This document shows positions 1 to 10,385 of a stretch of DNA of 64,000 nucleotides, piece after piece. The stretch is from an uncultured Cytophagales bacterium. GTDB taxonomy: Bacteria > Bacteroidota > Bacteroidia > Cytophagales > JAAEPT01. The notes under the pieces were generated by a model. That model did no database searches. It had not been told where the DNA came from and was given only the letters and a program-made list of their open reading frames with translations. Position 1 is the first letter of the stretch, and each line of letters opens with the position of its first letter. Both the position numbers and the translations under genes were made by a program. The stretch covers positions 2,689-66,688 of the forward strand of contig CAZEGV010000002.1 in assembly GCA_964511645.1 (NCBI GenBank), written 5' to 3'.

Positions 1-134
1 CATCGGGGAAATGTACAAATATAATGAGTGCGTGTAAATTCCCTTTGGGGGTATGTACTAATCCATAAGTAGAACTTCTTTCTTGTATTTGAGTAAAAGA
101 GCGGGTAGTGAATAAAAATAGAAACGTTAATAAA

Positions 135-1343
135 CTAAGATATTTTATTACTCTCATGATGTTTTAATATGATATTTAAACATAACATTATAACAAAGGG
201 AAGGTATATAACACTATATCTTGACAATGAGCCGATGTTTGGTGTTGCATAGCACAATAACCCAGCCATTGAAAATGAATAGATTAATAATACTATTGCC
301 ATAATGTTAAAACTAATTTTTTCTTTTATTATAATATAAATAGTGTGTATATAAATGATTGATAAAATAAGGCTCTGAACACTTTGTAATGAAGAAAGGG
401 TAGAGTAAACATCCCAAGGCATTGGAGACAAAAAACCATAATACCAAGCTTTTGGTAGGTAGAGAATCATCCACCACCAACCTTCACTTAAGTGAGAGAA
501 AGAAATACTGTTGGAAGAAGAGTGACTAATAAGTGGTTGATAGCTACTAAGAATGGCATTATATATTTTATCGAGATGAAGATTAGGGTGTAGAGCAATA
601 CTGACTAAAAAAAGAAGTGTAAATAGGGAAATACTTTTAAGGCTAAATCCATATTTCCTAATCAAAAAATCAATTATCAATAATAAGACAAAAGGAATCA
701 TAAAGTAATACTTAATCACAAATACAATGTACAGTAATATGATTGCTAGTACATACCTCAGTATAGTTGGTTTTTTTTGTAAAAGGATGGCTATTAATAG
801 TAGTGCAGGAAGAGTGATGGATTCTTTCATAATGCCAGAGCTCCACAAGCCTATCGAAGGAATGAGCATGAAACTAATCAGTATTGCCCATAAATAAATC
901 GAATAGCGTTGTTGAATATGGTAAGCAAATCGGATTGTAATACAAAAACTTAATGTAGAAATGAGCACCCCAGCTAACCAGAAGTTTTGAAAAGAAAAAA
1001 GGTATAAAACAGAAATGATTTTCACAAATAATACTGTGCGTGCTTCTCCTGAATAGGATAAATTGGTGTTTATTTGTCCACTATCACTAAACAGGTACTG
1101 GACATAATCTTGAGCAGAAGAGAAAAAAGTATTACTTGCAGATAGTGCATTCTTGTGTACCAGTAAGACATCCCCTGTTTCGTAGTAAACAAAGTACATC
1201 CACCCAGAAAATAAACCAAATAATATTTTAATGATAAGTAAAATAAAAAAATAAGGAGTATGATGTTTTTTATACGTTTTTGTGATTGAGAATGCCAACC
1301 CAAGTATGGATAGAGATGATAATATAATTTTAATCAGCATCAC
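135..1343 (-). CDS. Polytopic integral membrane protein, function unknown
   Basis: 402-aa ORF, hydrophobic throughout with many predicted helices. No motif I can assign; EpsG or O-antigen-polymerase-like is only a guess. Confidence 0.5.
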   Translation of the reverse strand: MMLIKIILSSLSILGLAFSITKTYKKHHTPYFFILLIIKILFGLFSGWMYFVYYETGDVLLVHKNALSASNTFFSSAQDYVQYLFSDSGQINTNLSYSGEARTVLFVKIISVLYLFSFQNFWLAGVLISTLSFCITIRFAYHIQQRYSIYLWAILISFMLIPSIGLWSSGIMKESITLPALLLIAILLQKKPTILRYVLAIILLYIVFVIKYYFMIPFVLLLIIDFLIRKYGFSLKSISLFTLLFLVSIALHPNLHLDKIYNAILSSYQPLISHSSSNSISFSHLSEGWWWMILYLPKAWYYGFLSPMPWDVYSTLSSLQSVQSLILSIIYIHTIYIIIKEKISFNIMAIVLLIYSFSMAGLLCYATPNIGSLSRYSVIYLPFVIMLCLNIILKHHESNKIS

Positions 1344-2592
1344 GATTGATAATAGAAACCCCTATATTACAGTGTAAACATTTTTTTTGGTCACAAAAAT
1401 ATTTCTTTAAGCCAATAATAGCCTGTGAGTCATAAGCAGATTTATTTTTGAATTTATAGGCTTCATATCCTCGGGTAATTATATTGTTTTCAGGTTTTAT
1501 ATTTTCTAATAAGTCAAATGCTCGTTGTTTTAATTCTTCTTTATTATGTCTTTGAGAGATGAAAATAAGCAGTGGAACTATATAGTTAATAACGAGATTT
1601 TCTCGGGCTGTTTTTCCAATTGATTTTTTTGAAGGATTTGAAGGGACTCCTGTTCTGCTATGTGACTCCCAATATTTACTTACTTGTGTAGAAAATAATT
1701 TTAACCATTGTTCTATTGTGAGGTCGGCATCTATAAAATGAAGTACTTCTGGTTGCTTATGTAATAAATTGGCTAATTGTGACAATCTAATTTCTGGAAA
1801 ACTTTGTGGGCGAACTCTCCCATAAATCCATAAGTTTTTACTAATCGGCTCTAACTGATACTTAGCCGATAAAAACTCATACTCTTTTGCCCAAATATTA
1901 TCATCTTCCCCTAATAAATTAGCAGTACCTAATAATAATGCTTCAAGGGATAGGATAGAGTTAGAGTGTTTTAAAACCACCTTAATAGGCAAAGCAATAG
2001 ACAAAGCTGTAAGTGCATCTTTATTAGTCCCAAAACCAAAAGATCGTAATAACCACGACCATGTTAGTTGTAGGTAATCATCGTTAAAATGTTTTACTAA
2101 TTGATAGACTTCTACTATACGTTGCTCCATTCGATGTATCAAAGCTCGCTCAAGCATATTGTTTATACTAAAGATAGGTAGCTTTTGGATGCCATGGTGG
2201 CAAGGAAGTTGCTCTTTTTCGAGTAGGAATCTCTGATAGCTATTGATGAGTGACTTATCTACTAAATTTTTAGCTTCTACAATAAGGGCTTTGTTTTTAT
2301 CTAAGCTAGGAATTATCTTGTCATCATTCCACACAAAGTGTAAAACAACATTGCCATACTTAGGGTTGTTGTCATGTTTGTGAGCCAACCAATCCGATGA
2401 TTTAAGGTGACATTCTACGCTTCCGTTGAGTCTAACTCCATCTACCAATATTTCAGCCTCTTGAAAATCTGGTCCATCACTCTCGTTTAGATAACCCGTC
2501 TTGAGTACTTGAATGATTTTTCCATTGATAGAGCGTAATGGCATTGTGATTTTTTGATATCGCCATACAAACCATAGAAAATCTTCTTTCAT
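1330..2592 (-). CDS. DUF2851 family protein
   Basis: 420 aa. N-terminal EDFLWFVWRYQ and C-terminal Cys pair (CxxC) match the Bacteroidota DUF2851 family as I recall it. Confidence 0.6.
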   Translation of the reverse strand: MKEDFLWFVWRYQKITMPLRSINGKIIQVLKTGYLNESDGPDFQEAEILVDGVRLNGSVECHLKSSDWLAHKHDNNPKYGNVVLHFVWNDDKIIPSLDKNKALIVEAKNLVDKSLINSYQRFLLEKEQLPCHHGIQKLPIFSINNMLERALIHRMEQRIVEVYQLVKHFNDDYLQLTWSWLLRSFGFGTNKDALTALSIALPIKVVLKHSNSILSLEALLLGTANLLGEDDNIWAKEYEFLSAKYQLEPISKNLWIYGRVRPQSFPEIRLSQLANLLHKQPEVLHFIDADLTIEQWLKLFSTQVSKYWESHSRTGVPSNPSKKSIGKTARENLVINYIVPLLIFISQRHNKEELKQRAFDLLENIKPENNIITRGYEAYKFKNKSAYDSQAIIGLKKYFCDQKKCLHCNIGVSIINRDAD

Positions 2593-2594
2593 CT

Positions 2595-3410
2595 TTATAA
2601 GTATTTATCTAGCAGTATGTTCATTTTTCGTTGTAATATCTGTGCTTTTATCCCTGCTTTTTCTGCAAAATCGTTGCCTCCAGAAGCATAAATTATCCCT
2701 CGTGAAGAATTAATAAGTAAGCCACATTGCGAGTTCATACCATATTTAGAAACGGTATCTAAATCTCCTCCTTGAGAGCCAACTCCGGGTACTAATAAAA
2801 AATGATTAGGTACAATATCTCTAATTTCTTTAAAATATTCTGCCTTAGTAGCTCCCACTACATACATCATATTATCATTTGTTCCCCACTCTTTACTTGT
2901 ATTTAATACTTCTTTGTATAACGGTTCTCCTTTTTCTGTTTTGATTGTTTGAAAATCAAATGCTCCTTGGTTAGAAGTAAGAGCAAGTAATATCACCCAT
3001 TTGTTTTTAAATTCTAAAAAAGGTTTAACGGAGTCACTACCCATATACGGAGCAACTGTAACAGAATCAAAATCCATTGTTTCAAAAAATGCTCGGGCAT
3101 ATAACGAAGAAGTATTGCCAATATCTCCTCGTTTAGCATCAGCAATAGTAAATATATCTTTAGGGATATAATCTAATGTCTTTTGTAATGATTCCCAACC
3201 TTTTGTCCCCATCGCTTCATAAAAAGCAATATTGGGTTTATAAGCAACACAATAATCTTTTGTTGCATCTATAATTTGTTTATTAAATTCAAAAATAGGG
3301 TCTTCCTTTTCTAATAAAAAAGGGGGCATTTTTTTTATATCAGTATCAAGTCCTACACATAAGTAGGACCTCTTTTTTTTTATCTGTTCAAAGAGTTCTT
3401 TTTGATTCAT
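2595..3410 (-). CDS. pyrF: Orotidine 5'-phosphate decarboxylase (type 2)
   Basis: LCVGLDTD and [11 protein letters not shown] motifs; 271 aa. Confidence 0.85.
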   Translation of the reverse strand: MNQKELFEQIKKKRSYLCVGLDTDIKKMPPFLLEKEDPIFEFNKQIIDATKDYCVAYKPNIAFYEAMGTKGWESLQKTLDYIPKDIFTIADAKRGDIGNTSSLYARAFFETMDFDSVTVAPYMGSDSVKPFLEFKNKWVILLALTSNQGAFDFQTIKTEKGEPLYKEVLNTSKEWGTNDNMMYVVGATKAEYFKEIRDIVPNHFLLVPGVGSQGGDLDTVSKYGMNSQCGLLINSSRGIIYASGGNDFAEKAGIKAQILQRKMNILLDKYL

Positions 3411-3416
3411 ACAGCT

Positions 3417-4097
3417 TTATTCTTCACAAAGATCAATTAGGTCATAATTAGGATATCTTGCTTCCGAAAAACTTAATTTCCCAGTTGGTATAACGGCATT
3501 TGGCTTTATAGAGTCAATTGTTACTGTGTATCTATTTCCATTTTTCTCAAATATTTCCCATTTTACTAAGGTATAAGTTTTAGCGTCGATGTGTAACCTG
3601 ATTTTAAAAATAGTATTATATTTTCTCTTTTCGGGGCTTAGGTCTGGCTCAAGATCTATTGTATGGCAAACTTTACCTACAACAGTGCTTTGAGAGGACA
3701 ACAAGATGTATTTGTAACCTGCTTTGTAGACTTCACTCATTTTAGTAACATCCATACTTTCATCTAATTCCTCAGGACACATTTTATTAATCTCTAAATC
3801 TTCTTTTTTAAGTTCATAAAGATAATTACCGTCGTTCAGATAAAAATCTCCAGTTTTAAACTCAATTTTAGATTTATCCCCTCTTAAATAAACGAGTCCC
3901 TTCCGAGTTTCATCCATTCCACCAGCTGGACTATGTAAAGAGAACGTAAAATTAGCCTGTAAAGATTTAAAGGTTTTAAACGTAGCACTTGTCTTGTCTA
4001 AAATGACTTTTGCTTTAGGGTCTTTCCCGCTAGATTGAGAGAAGGTAAGTGTACTAATAGCTAACGATAGTAATGCGACAACAAATTTCTTATTCAT
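3417..4097 (-). CDS. LolA-like outer-membrane lipoprotein carrier protein
   Basis: Signal peptide, about 225 aa, LolA-like N-terminal pattern. Sits immediately downstream of ftsK, as is usual in Bacteroidota. Confidence 0.6.
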   Translation of the reverse strand: MNKKFVVALLSLAISTLTFSQSSGKDPKAKVILDKTSATFKTFKSLQANFTFSLHSPAGGMDETRKGLVYLRGDKSKIEFKTGDFYLNDGNYLYELKKEDLEINKMCPEELDESMDVTKMSEVYKAGYKYILLSSQSTVVGKVCHTIDLEPDLSPEKRKYNTIFKIRLHIDAKTYTLVKWEIFEKNGNRYTVTIDSIKPNAVIPTGKLSFSEARYPNYDLIDLCEE

Positions 4098-4104
4098 AAT
4101 TTTT

Positions 4105-6585
4105 TTATTCTTTTATTCCGTTTAGGTTATCCAATAACTGTTCCAAACTATAATCATCTTGTAATAATACTTCTCTAGCTTTACTTCCAGAGAATGGACC
4201 AACTACTCCTGCTGCTTCTAACTGGTCTATAATACTTCCAGCTCGGTTATATCCAATCCTTAGTTTTCGTTGCACTAGGGATGTGCTTCCTTGCTGATGA
4301 GCAACTATAATACGTGCCGCTTCTTCAAATAAAGTATCTCTATCGTTGAGATTAATATCTCCTAATGAACTTTCATTTTCTCCTACAAATTCAGGTAATA
4401 AATAGGGATGCCCGAAGCTTGGTTGCTCAGATATGTGGTTGACTAATGCTTCTACCTCTGGTGTGTCGATAAACGCACATTGTACCCTTACCATATCAGA
4501 GCTTTGCGAGAAGAGCATATCTCCTCTACCAATTAATTGATCTGCTCCTTTTGAGTCTAGTACTACACGAGAGTCTATTGAAGAGGATACTTTAAACGCC
4601 ACTCTTGCTGGGAAATTGGCACGGATAATACCCGTTACAATTTTAGCATCTGGACGCTGAGTAGCCAAGATAAGATGAATACCAATTGCACGAGCTTTTT
4701 GGGCAAGTCTAGCAATAGGAGTTTCTACCTCCTTACCTGCGGTCATTATAAAATCACCATACTCATCAATCACTACTACTATATAAGGCAAAAATCGATG
4801 TCCATTATTAGGATTTAATTTTCTTCTGACGAACTTACCGTTATACTCTTTGAGGTTACGACAAGTAGCCATTTTTAATAAATTATACCGATCTTCCATT
4901 TCAATACACAAAGAATTTAACGTATTGATTACCTTACTTGTATCGGTTAATATTGCATCTTCACCATCAGGAAGCATAGCGAGATAATGGTTTTCTATTT
5001 TTTCATAAATAGAAAGCTCTACAACTTTAGGGTCAACTAATACAAGCTTTAGCTCAGCGGGATGTTTTTTGTATAGCAAGGATGCGAGTATCATATTAAT
5101 CCCAACTGATTTACCTTGACCAGTAGCTCCTGCTATTAGCATATGTGGCATTTTGGCAAGGTCTACCATAAACACTTCGTTAGAAATTGTTTTCCCAAAA
5201 GCAATTGGCAAATCTAAATCACTCTTCATGAATTTTTCTGTAGAGAAAACATTTCGAGCGGGTACAATTTCTTTATGTTGATTAGGTACTTCTATTCCTA
5301 TTGTTCCTTTTCCTGGGATTGGAGCGATGATTCTGATTCCTAATGCTGCCAAACTCATGGCAATATCATCTTCTAAGTTTTTAATCTTAGATATTTTTAC
5401 TCCTGCATCAGGCACAATTTCATATAGTGTTACCGTTGGTCCTACTGTTGCTTTTATACTTTGGATTCCAATTTTGTAGTATCCTAAGGTCTCTACAATT
5501 TTGTCTTTATTAAGTTCTAATTCTTCTTTAGTTACTTTAGCTCCACCTGTATCTCTTTCTAATAATAGGTCTACTGGAGGCATTTTGTACATAGACAGTT
5601 CTAAGGTAGGGTCATAGTTTTCGACAGTCGTTTCATCGCTTTCTTCTTCTACTACACCTTCGTCAATTTCAAAGTCTGCTGCTTTGTTCGCTTCCGCTAA
5701 TGTTTCTTCTACTGGAGTTTCTATTTCTAAACTTGGTGAAGCAGTTATTGGAGGTTTCTTCTTGAGTTCAGGCACTTCAAACTCTATTGAAGAGGGTGTT
5801 TCTTCCTCTGTTTTGGATTGTATCGGAGTAATAATAGGTTCAGAAGAGATCGGTGCTTCTGTTTTTATTATTGGTTCAGCTTCATCAACAATAAACTCTT
5901 CTTGTTTTTCATCATTTTCTTGAAGATCATCAACTATTTTTTTCGATTTATTTAACCCAACTAATGATGTAATGTCAAAAAAGTAGATGAAAAAAATTCC
6001 TAAGACCAGTAAAAGCAAGAGTATAGTGCCAATTCCCGCAAGTTGATTGACGAACTGTGCAATTGCAAACCCCCATCCTCCACACAAAAAGTCAAGTGAG
6101 CTAATTGTATCTGATGTAAGTACGATATAACCTAATAAAATACTTAACCACAAGACTGCAAAAATAGAAAACTTCGTTATCCGCTTGAGTAACGGGATTT
6201 CTTTATCAAAAATAATTTGATAGCCATAAGCACCAATGATTGGAGCAAGTAAAATTGTGCCAATCCCAAACCACCTGAATATAAGTAAATAAGCAAGAGA
6301 AGCTCCAAAAGAACCAGAAGTATTTTGAGTATTATCACCTAGTTCTGCAAGTGATTGATTTGTATCTTGAAGGCTTTGGTCAGTTTGCCCTGTTACTAGG
6401 TACGAAAAGAACGCAATAAGCATCCAAGCAGAAAAAATCATTAAAAACCAACCTAAGGCTAGCCTAAGCCGTGAGTCGTTTAAGAAATCAAAACTACTAC
6501 CAGAAGATGGTTTCTTTTTTTTAGCGGAAGCTTTCTTCTTTTTTGGTGATTCCTCTTGGGGTGTTATATAAGTGTTTTCTGCCAT
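4105..6585 (-). CDS. ftsK: DNA translocase FtsK/SpoIIIE
   Basis: N-terminal TM helices, acidic/Pro linker, Walker A GATGQGKS, and a C-terminal gamma winged-helix (LVQRKLRIGYNRA). Confidence 0.92.
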   Translation of the reverse strand: MAENTYITPQEESPKKKKASAKKKKPSSGSSFDFLNDSRLRLALGWFLMIFSAWMLIAFFSYLVTGQTDQSLQDTNQSLAELGDNTQNTSGSFGASLAYLLIFRWFGIGTILLAPIIGAYGYQIIFDKEIPLLKRITKFSIFAVLWLSILLGYIVLTSDTISSLDFLCGGWGFAIAQFVNQLAGIGTILLLLLVLGIFFIYFFDITSLVGLNKSKKIVDDLQENDEKQEEFIVDEAEPIIKTEAPISSEPIITPIQSKTEEETPSSIEFEVPELKKKPPITASPSLEIETPVEETLAEANKAADFEIDEGVVEEESDETTVENYDPTLELSMYKMPPVDLLLERDTGGAKVTKEELELNKDKIVETLGYYKIGIQSIKATVGPTVTLYEIVPDAGVKISKIKNLEDDIAMSLAALGIRIIAPIPGKGTIGIEVPNQHKEIVPARNVFSTEKFMKSDLDLPIAFGKTISNEVFMVDLAKMPHMLIAGATGQGKSVGINMILASLLYKKHPAELKLVLVDPKVVELSIYEKIENHYLAMLPDGEDAILTDTSKVINTLNSLCIEMEDRYNLLKMATCRNLKEYNGKFVRRKLNPNNGHRFLPYIVVVIDEYGDFIMTAGKEVETPIARLAQKARAIGIHLILATQRPDAKIVTGIIRANFPARVAFKVSSSIDSRVVLDSKGADQLIGRGDMLFSQSSDMVRVQCAFIDTPEVEALVNHISEQPSFGHPYLLPEFVGENESSLGDINLNDRDTLFEEAARIIVAHQQGSTSLVQRKLRIGYNRAGSIIDQLEAAGVVGPFSGSKAREVLLQDDYSLEQLLDNLNGIKE

Positions 6586-6593
6586 CTACCTGC

Positions 6594-7625
6594 CTATTTT
6601 TTGATAAGCATTTTATTGATTTTTTTAACTAATTTTGGACCTTCATATACAAAACCTGTATAGACTTGTACAAGAGAAGCACCTGCTTCTATCTTTTCTA
6701 AGGCATCTTCTGCTGAGTGGATACCACCAACACCGATAATAGGAAAAGCATGATTTGATTTTGATGCAATATAACGAATTACTTCCGTAGAACGAGCTCT
6801 TATAGGCTTGCCACTTAGTCCGCCTGATCCAATACTATCAAGGGTACTGTCCCCTGTTTTTAATTTATCCCTAGAGATAGTTGTATTAGTAGCAATAATC
6901 CCTGCAATTTTTGTATCACTTATGATATCGATAATATCGTCTAGTTGCTCTTGAGTCAAGTCTGGAGCAATTTTTAATAAAATAGGTTTTTGTTTCGGCT
7001 TGGTCAGGTTTAATTTTTGTAAGCTATTTAATAGGTTGGTAAGAGGTTCTTTTTCTTGTAACTCTCTTAAGTTTGGTGTATTAGGTGAGCTCACGTTGAC
7101 CACAAAATAGTCTACATATTCGTATAAGGCTTCAAAACATTTTTGATAATCCTCATAAGCCTGTTCGTTAGGAGTTACTTTGTTTTTCCCAATGTTTCCA
7201 CCAATCAATAGGTTAGTTTTACGACTTTTGAGTCTATCGATGGCATCTTCTACTCCAGCATTGTTAAATCCCATTCGGTTAATAATGGCTTCATCTTCTA
7301 ATAACCTAAATAAACGAGGAGTATCATTACCTGCTTGTCCTTTAGGAGTTAATGTCCCAATTTCTATAAATCCAAACCCTAAATTTGCTAATTCATCAAT
7401 TAAAACGGCGTTTTTATCAAATCCAGCAGCAATTCCTACAGGGTTTTTGAATTTTAATCCAAATACTTCTCGCTCTAATGAGGGGTGTTTGACCACATAC
7501 ATTGCCTTTAAGATAGAAGGAACAAATGGAATTTTACAAAGTAGCTTTAATAAGCTAAATGAAATATAGTGTGCTTTTTCGGCTTGAAACCGAAATAAAA
7601 TGGCTCTGACAAATAATTTATACAT
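6594..7625 (-). CDS. pyrD: Dihydroorotate dehydrogenase (quinone), class 2
   Basis: GFIEIGT.TP, NRMGFNN and NVSSPNTP motifs. Confidence 0.9.
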   Translation of the reverse strand: MYKLFVRAILFRFQAEKAHYISFSLLKLLCKIPFVPSILKAMYVVKHPSLEREVFGLKFKNPVGIAAGFDKNAVLIDELANLGFGFIEIGTLTPKGQAGNDTPRLFRLLEDEAIINRMGFNNAGVEDAIDRLKSRKTNLLIGGNIGKNKVTPNEQAYEDYQKCFEALYEYVDYFVVNVSSPNTPNLRELQEKEPLTNLLNSLQKLNLTKPKQKPILLKIAPDLTQEQLDDIIDIISDTKIAGIIATNTTISRDKLKTGDSTLDSIGSGGLSGKPIRARSTEVIRYIASKSNHAFPIIGVGGIHSAEDALEKIEAGASLVQVYTGFVYEGPKLVKKINKMLIKK

Positions 7626-8200
7626 TAGAGCAAATGTAACATTTTTTGTGTGATTTTTTTCAAAAATAAAATCTTTTGAAATCAGGTTGTGTTTTGAGTT
7701 TTAAAAGAAAATTCTCACTTTGATTCAAAACTGGTATGATATCTAGCCTCGCACGAGCTATATAGGGAATTACTTTTTGTATTTTTTTACGGTATTATTC
7801 CTATATTTATTTATCACTTAATTAGTGCAGTTCTATTCCCGAAATTCAATCAACTAATTGATTTTAGAGCACATATATGATAAAAACGCCCGCTTACTAT
7901 TTATTTTATATGCGGAGTGTTTTTACTGACAATTATCAGTTCATTTGTGTGTCAAGATCAAGGTGATGCATTAGTTCAAAACCTTATTAGACTTGGCGGT
8001 CTGCTGTTTACTGGATTTTTCGATTATTTTACCATTCTAAAATTTTATATATCGCTTTTTTGATAATGTCTTTTGGAGGGGGTAATGTTTATTACAACAA
8101 CTCCTTCTTGATCCCAAATTTTATTCTGAATAATCGTCTTTTTCAGTTCTTTTTCAGAATTTTATTTTGAACAAAATACTTTTACTGTGAGTTTATTTCT

Positions 8201-8208
8201 TACTTTTG
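8201..8208 (+). promoter_or_regulatory. Candidate Bacteroidota sigma-A -7 box (TACTTTTG fits TAnnTTTG)
   Basis: Motif lies 33 nt upstream of the ATG at 8241. The -33 TTTG is only approximate (TTTA at 8181). Confidence 0.3.
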
Positions 8209-8240
8209 CTTTATAGTACAGATATAAAGACGATTAGGAC

Positions 8241-10370
8241 ATGACAAATTTAGTATTATCAGATAATATCACGACAGTAGCACAAGACGACATACAAGAA
8301 TTACATCAAAAAATTCAATCTTTTTATGACGGTAAAGAAGATGAAGAAAAATTCAGGTCATTTCGCTTATCTAGAGGAGTTTATGGACAACGACAAGAAG
8401 GTGTTCAAATGATTCGTATAAAATTGCCTTATGGAAAAATGAATGCTGAGCAGTTTATTCGCATTGCAGATGTGGCTGATAAATATGCAACTAACAAAAT
8501 GCACTGTACTACTCGTCAAGATATTCAGATACATTATGTCAAAATGGCTGAGTCGCCAATGCTTTGGGCTGAACTAGAAGAAGTTGGGGTAACATTAAAA
8601 GAAGCTTGTGGCAATACTGTTCGTAATGTGACGGCATCCGCAATAGCAGGGATAGATCCTCAAGAACCATTTGATGTGTCGCCTTATGCACACGCTTTTT
8701 TTGAATATTTTTTGCGTAATCCAATTTGCCAAGAAATGGGTCGTAAGTTTAAAGTCTCTTTTTCTGCTTCCGAAACTGATAGTGCTTATTCATTTATGCA
8801 TGACTTGGGTTTTGTGGCAACTACCAAAAATGGAGAAAATGGTTTTAAATTATTAGTAGGAGGAGGACTTGGTTCTCAGCCTATGATGGCTTTCCCTGCG
8901 TTTGATTTTATTGCTACGGACAAGATCATTCCTTTTGCGGAAGCAGTTATCCGTGTATTTGACAGACATGGAGAGCGTTCTTCTAGAGGAAAAGCACGAA
9001 TGAAATTCCTCATTAAAAAAATAGGGGTAGATGAGTTTATGAATTTGGTGAACGAACAGTTATCGGCAAATATTTTTGCGGATACACATCCAATTGACGG
9101 GGCTGTGAACTTACCAACCATTCCTACACAAATATTTGATGTTACAAAACCTGCTAATGAGTCTTTATATAAAGAGTGGAGAGCAACAAATGCCTTTGAG
9201 CAAAAACAAAAAAAATATTTTGGTGTTTACATCAAACTCACATTAGGGAATTTATACAATGACCAAGCTCGTGCTTTAGCTAAGCTTATTCAAGATGGTT
9301 ATGCAGCAGATGATATTCGCGTTACGGTTAACCAAGGCTTTTTATTGAGATATGTAAAAGAAGAAAATCTTGTAGCTTTATTTAATGAGCTATATAAGTT
9401 AGAATTAGCTAACCCAGGGTTTGATAGCACTGCTGACATTACAGCTTGCCCAGGGACTGATACTTGTAACTTAGGGATTGCAAGTAGTTATGGGATCTCT
9501 AAAGAACTAGAGCAAGTTATCAATACTGATTATAGAAAACTTATTTATAACAATGATATTAAAATTAAAATTTCGGGTTGCATGAATGCTTGTGGGCAAC
9601 ATACTATCGCAAATATTGGTTTTCAAGGAATGTCTATCAAAAAAGGGGCAATTGTAATGCCTGCTTTACAAATCTTGCTAGGTGGTGGATTTGATAAAGA
9701 CGGTCAACCAACTATTGCAGATAAGGTGGTGAAAGTACCATCCAAAAGAGCAATAGAAGCTTTTAGAGGTCTTATTGAAGATTATACAACTAATAAGGAA
9801 GAGGGAGAGTTTTACAATAACTACTATCGCCGACAAATAGTAAAAGACAAATTATATTTTTTCTCATTATTAAAACCCTTTACAGTATTTCCAGACGAAA
9901 TTCCGAATGATTTCTTGACAGATTGGGGAGATGAAGAACAATATGTAAAAGCGGTAGGAATTGGTGAATGTGCCGGTGTGGTACTCGATTTGGTCGGGAC
10001 TTTGTTACAAGATGCTCATGAAAAATTAGAGAAAGCAACATATACACTAAGTAAAGGGAATTGGCAAGACGCTAGTTATCATGCTTACTCAGCTTGTATA
10101 GCGGGGGCTAAAGCTTTGTTAATTGGAGAAGATGTTAAGTGTAATACCCATATTAGTATCATTAATGATTTTGATACTCATTTTACCCAAAAAGGTTTGG
10201 CCTCTTTTGATGGCAAAACATTTTCTGATTTTGTATTACAATTAAATCAAGTAGATGTTTCGGCTTTTTTTGGACAATTGTATTATGAAGAAGCTAGCTC
10301 GTTTATGAAGCAACTAGATGTAATTCGTACAGAGCAAATTAAAAGAATGGAAATAACTAGCGAGGCTTAG
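8241..10370 (+). CDS. Sulfite/nitrite reductase hemoprotein (siroheme-[4Fe-4S]) with an extra helical C-terminal domain of about 135 aa
   Basis: Cluster/siroheme cysteines CPGTDTC (Cx5C) and GCMNAC (Cx3C), with duplicated NIR_SIR halves. Residues from about 575 to 709 lie beyond a normal SiR length. Confidence 0.8.
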   Translation: MTNLVLSDNITTVAQDDIQELHQKIQSFYDGKEDEEKFRSFRLSRGVYGQRQEGVQMIRIKLPYGKMNAEQFIRIADVADKYATNKMHCTTRQDIQIHYVKMAESPMLWAELEEVGVTLKEACGNTVRNVTASAIAGIDPQEPFDVSPYAHAFFEYFLRNPICQEMGRKFKVSFSASETDSAYSFMHDLGFVATTKNGENGFKLLVGGGLGSQPMMAFPAFDFIATDKIIPFAEAVIRVFDRHGERSSRGKARMKFLIKKIGVDEFMNLVNEQLSANIFADTHPIDGAVNLPTIPTQIFDVTKPANESLYKEWRATNAFEQKQKKYFGVYIKLTLGNLYNDQARALAKLIQDGYAADDIRVTVNQGFLLRYVKEENLVALFNELYKLELANPGFDSTADITACPGTDTCNLGIASSYGISKELEQVINTDYRKLIYNNDIKIKISGCMNACGQHTIANIGFQGMSIKKGAIVMPALQILLGGGFDKDGQPTIADKVVKVPSKRAIEAFRGLIEDYTTNKEEGEFYNNYYRRQIVKDKLYFFSLLKPFTVFPDEIPNDFLTDWGDEEQYVKAVGIGECAGVVLDLVGTLLQDAHEKLEKATYTLSKGNWQDASYHAYSACIAGAKALLIGEDVKCNTHISIINDFDTHFTQKGLASFDGKTFSDFVLQLNQVDVSAFFGQLYYEEASSFMKQLDVIRTEQIKRMEITSEA

Positions 10371-10385
10371 GAGTGTCAGTAACTT

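Noticed and set aside
1-134. Possible 5' end of a minus-strand gene at the window edge. Two frames are open, and one reads ...KKFYLWISTYPQRE..., faintly like glycosyltransferase N-termini.
   Set aside because: None of the open frames has an ATG, GTG or TTG start, only about 40 codons are visible, and two frames are equally open. There is too little to call.
5684-5923. Antisense shadow ORFs inside long genes. Examples: 5684..5923 in ftsK, 7180..7569 in pyrD, 25857..26655 in ffh, 52475..53266 in dusB, 55495..55836, 56145..56549 and 61857..62276.
   Set aside because: Each lies wholly within a longer ORF that has clear family motifs on the opposite strand. Their products are low-complexity with no recognisable motifs.
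8045-8161. 38-codon open stretch on the minus strand with a RelE/YoeB-like ending
   Set aside because: It has no start codon, it is far too short, and the similarity is impressionistic only. It is kept only as context in the finding on the long intergenic region.
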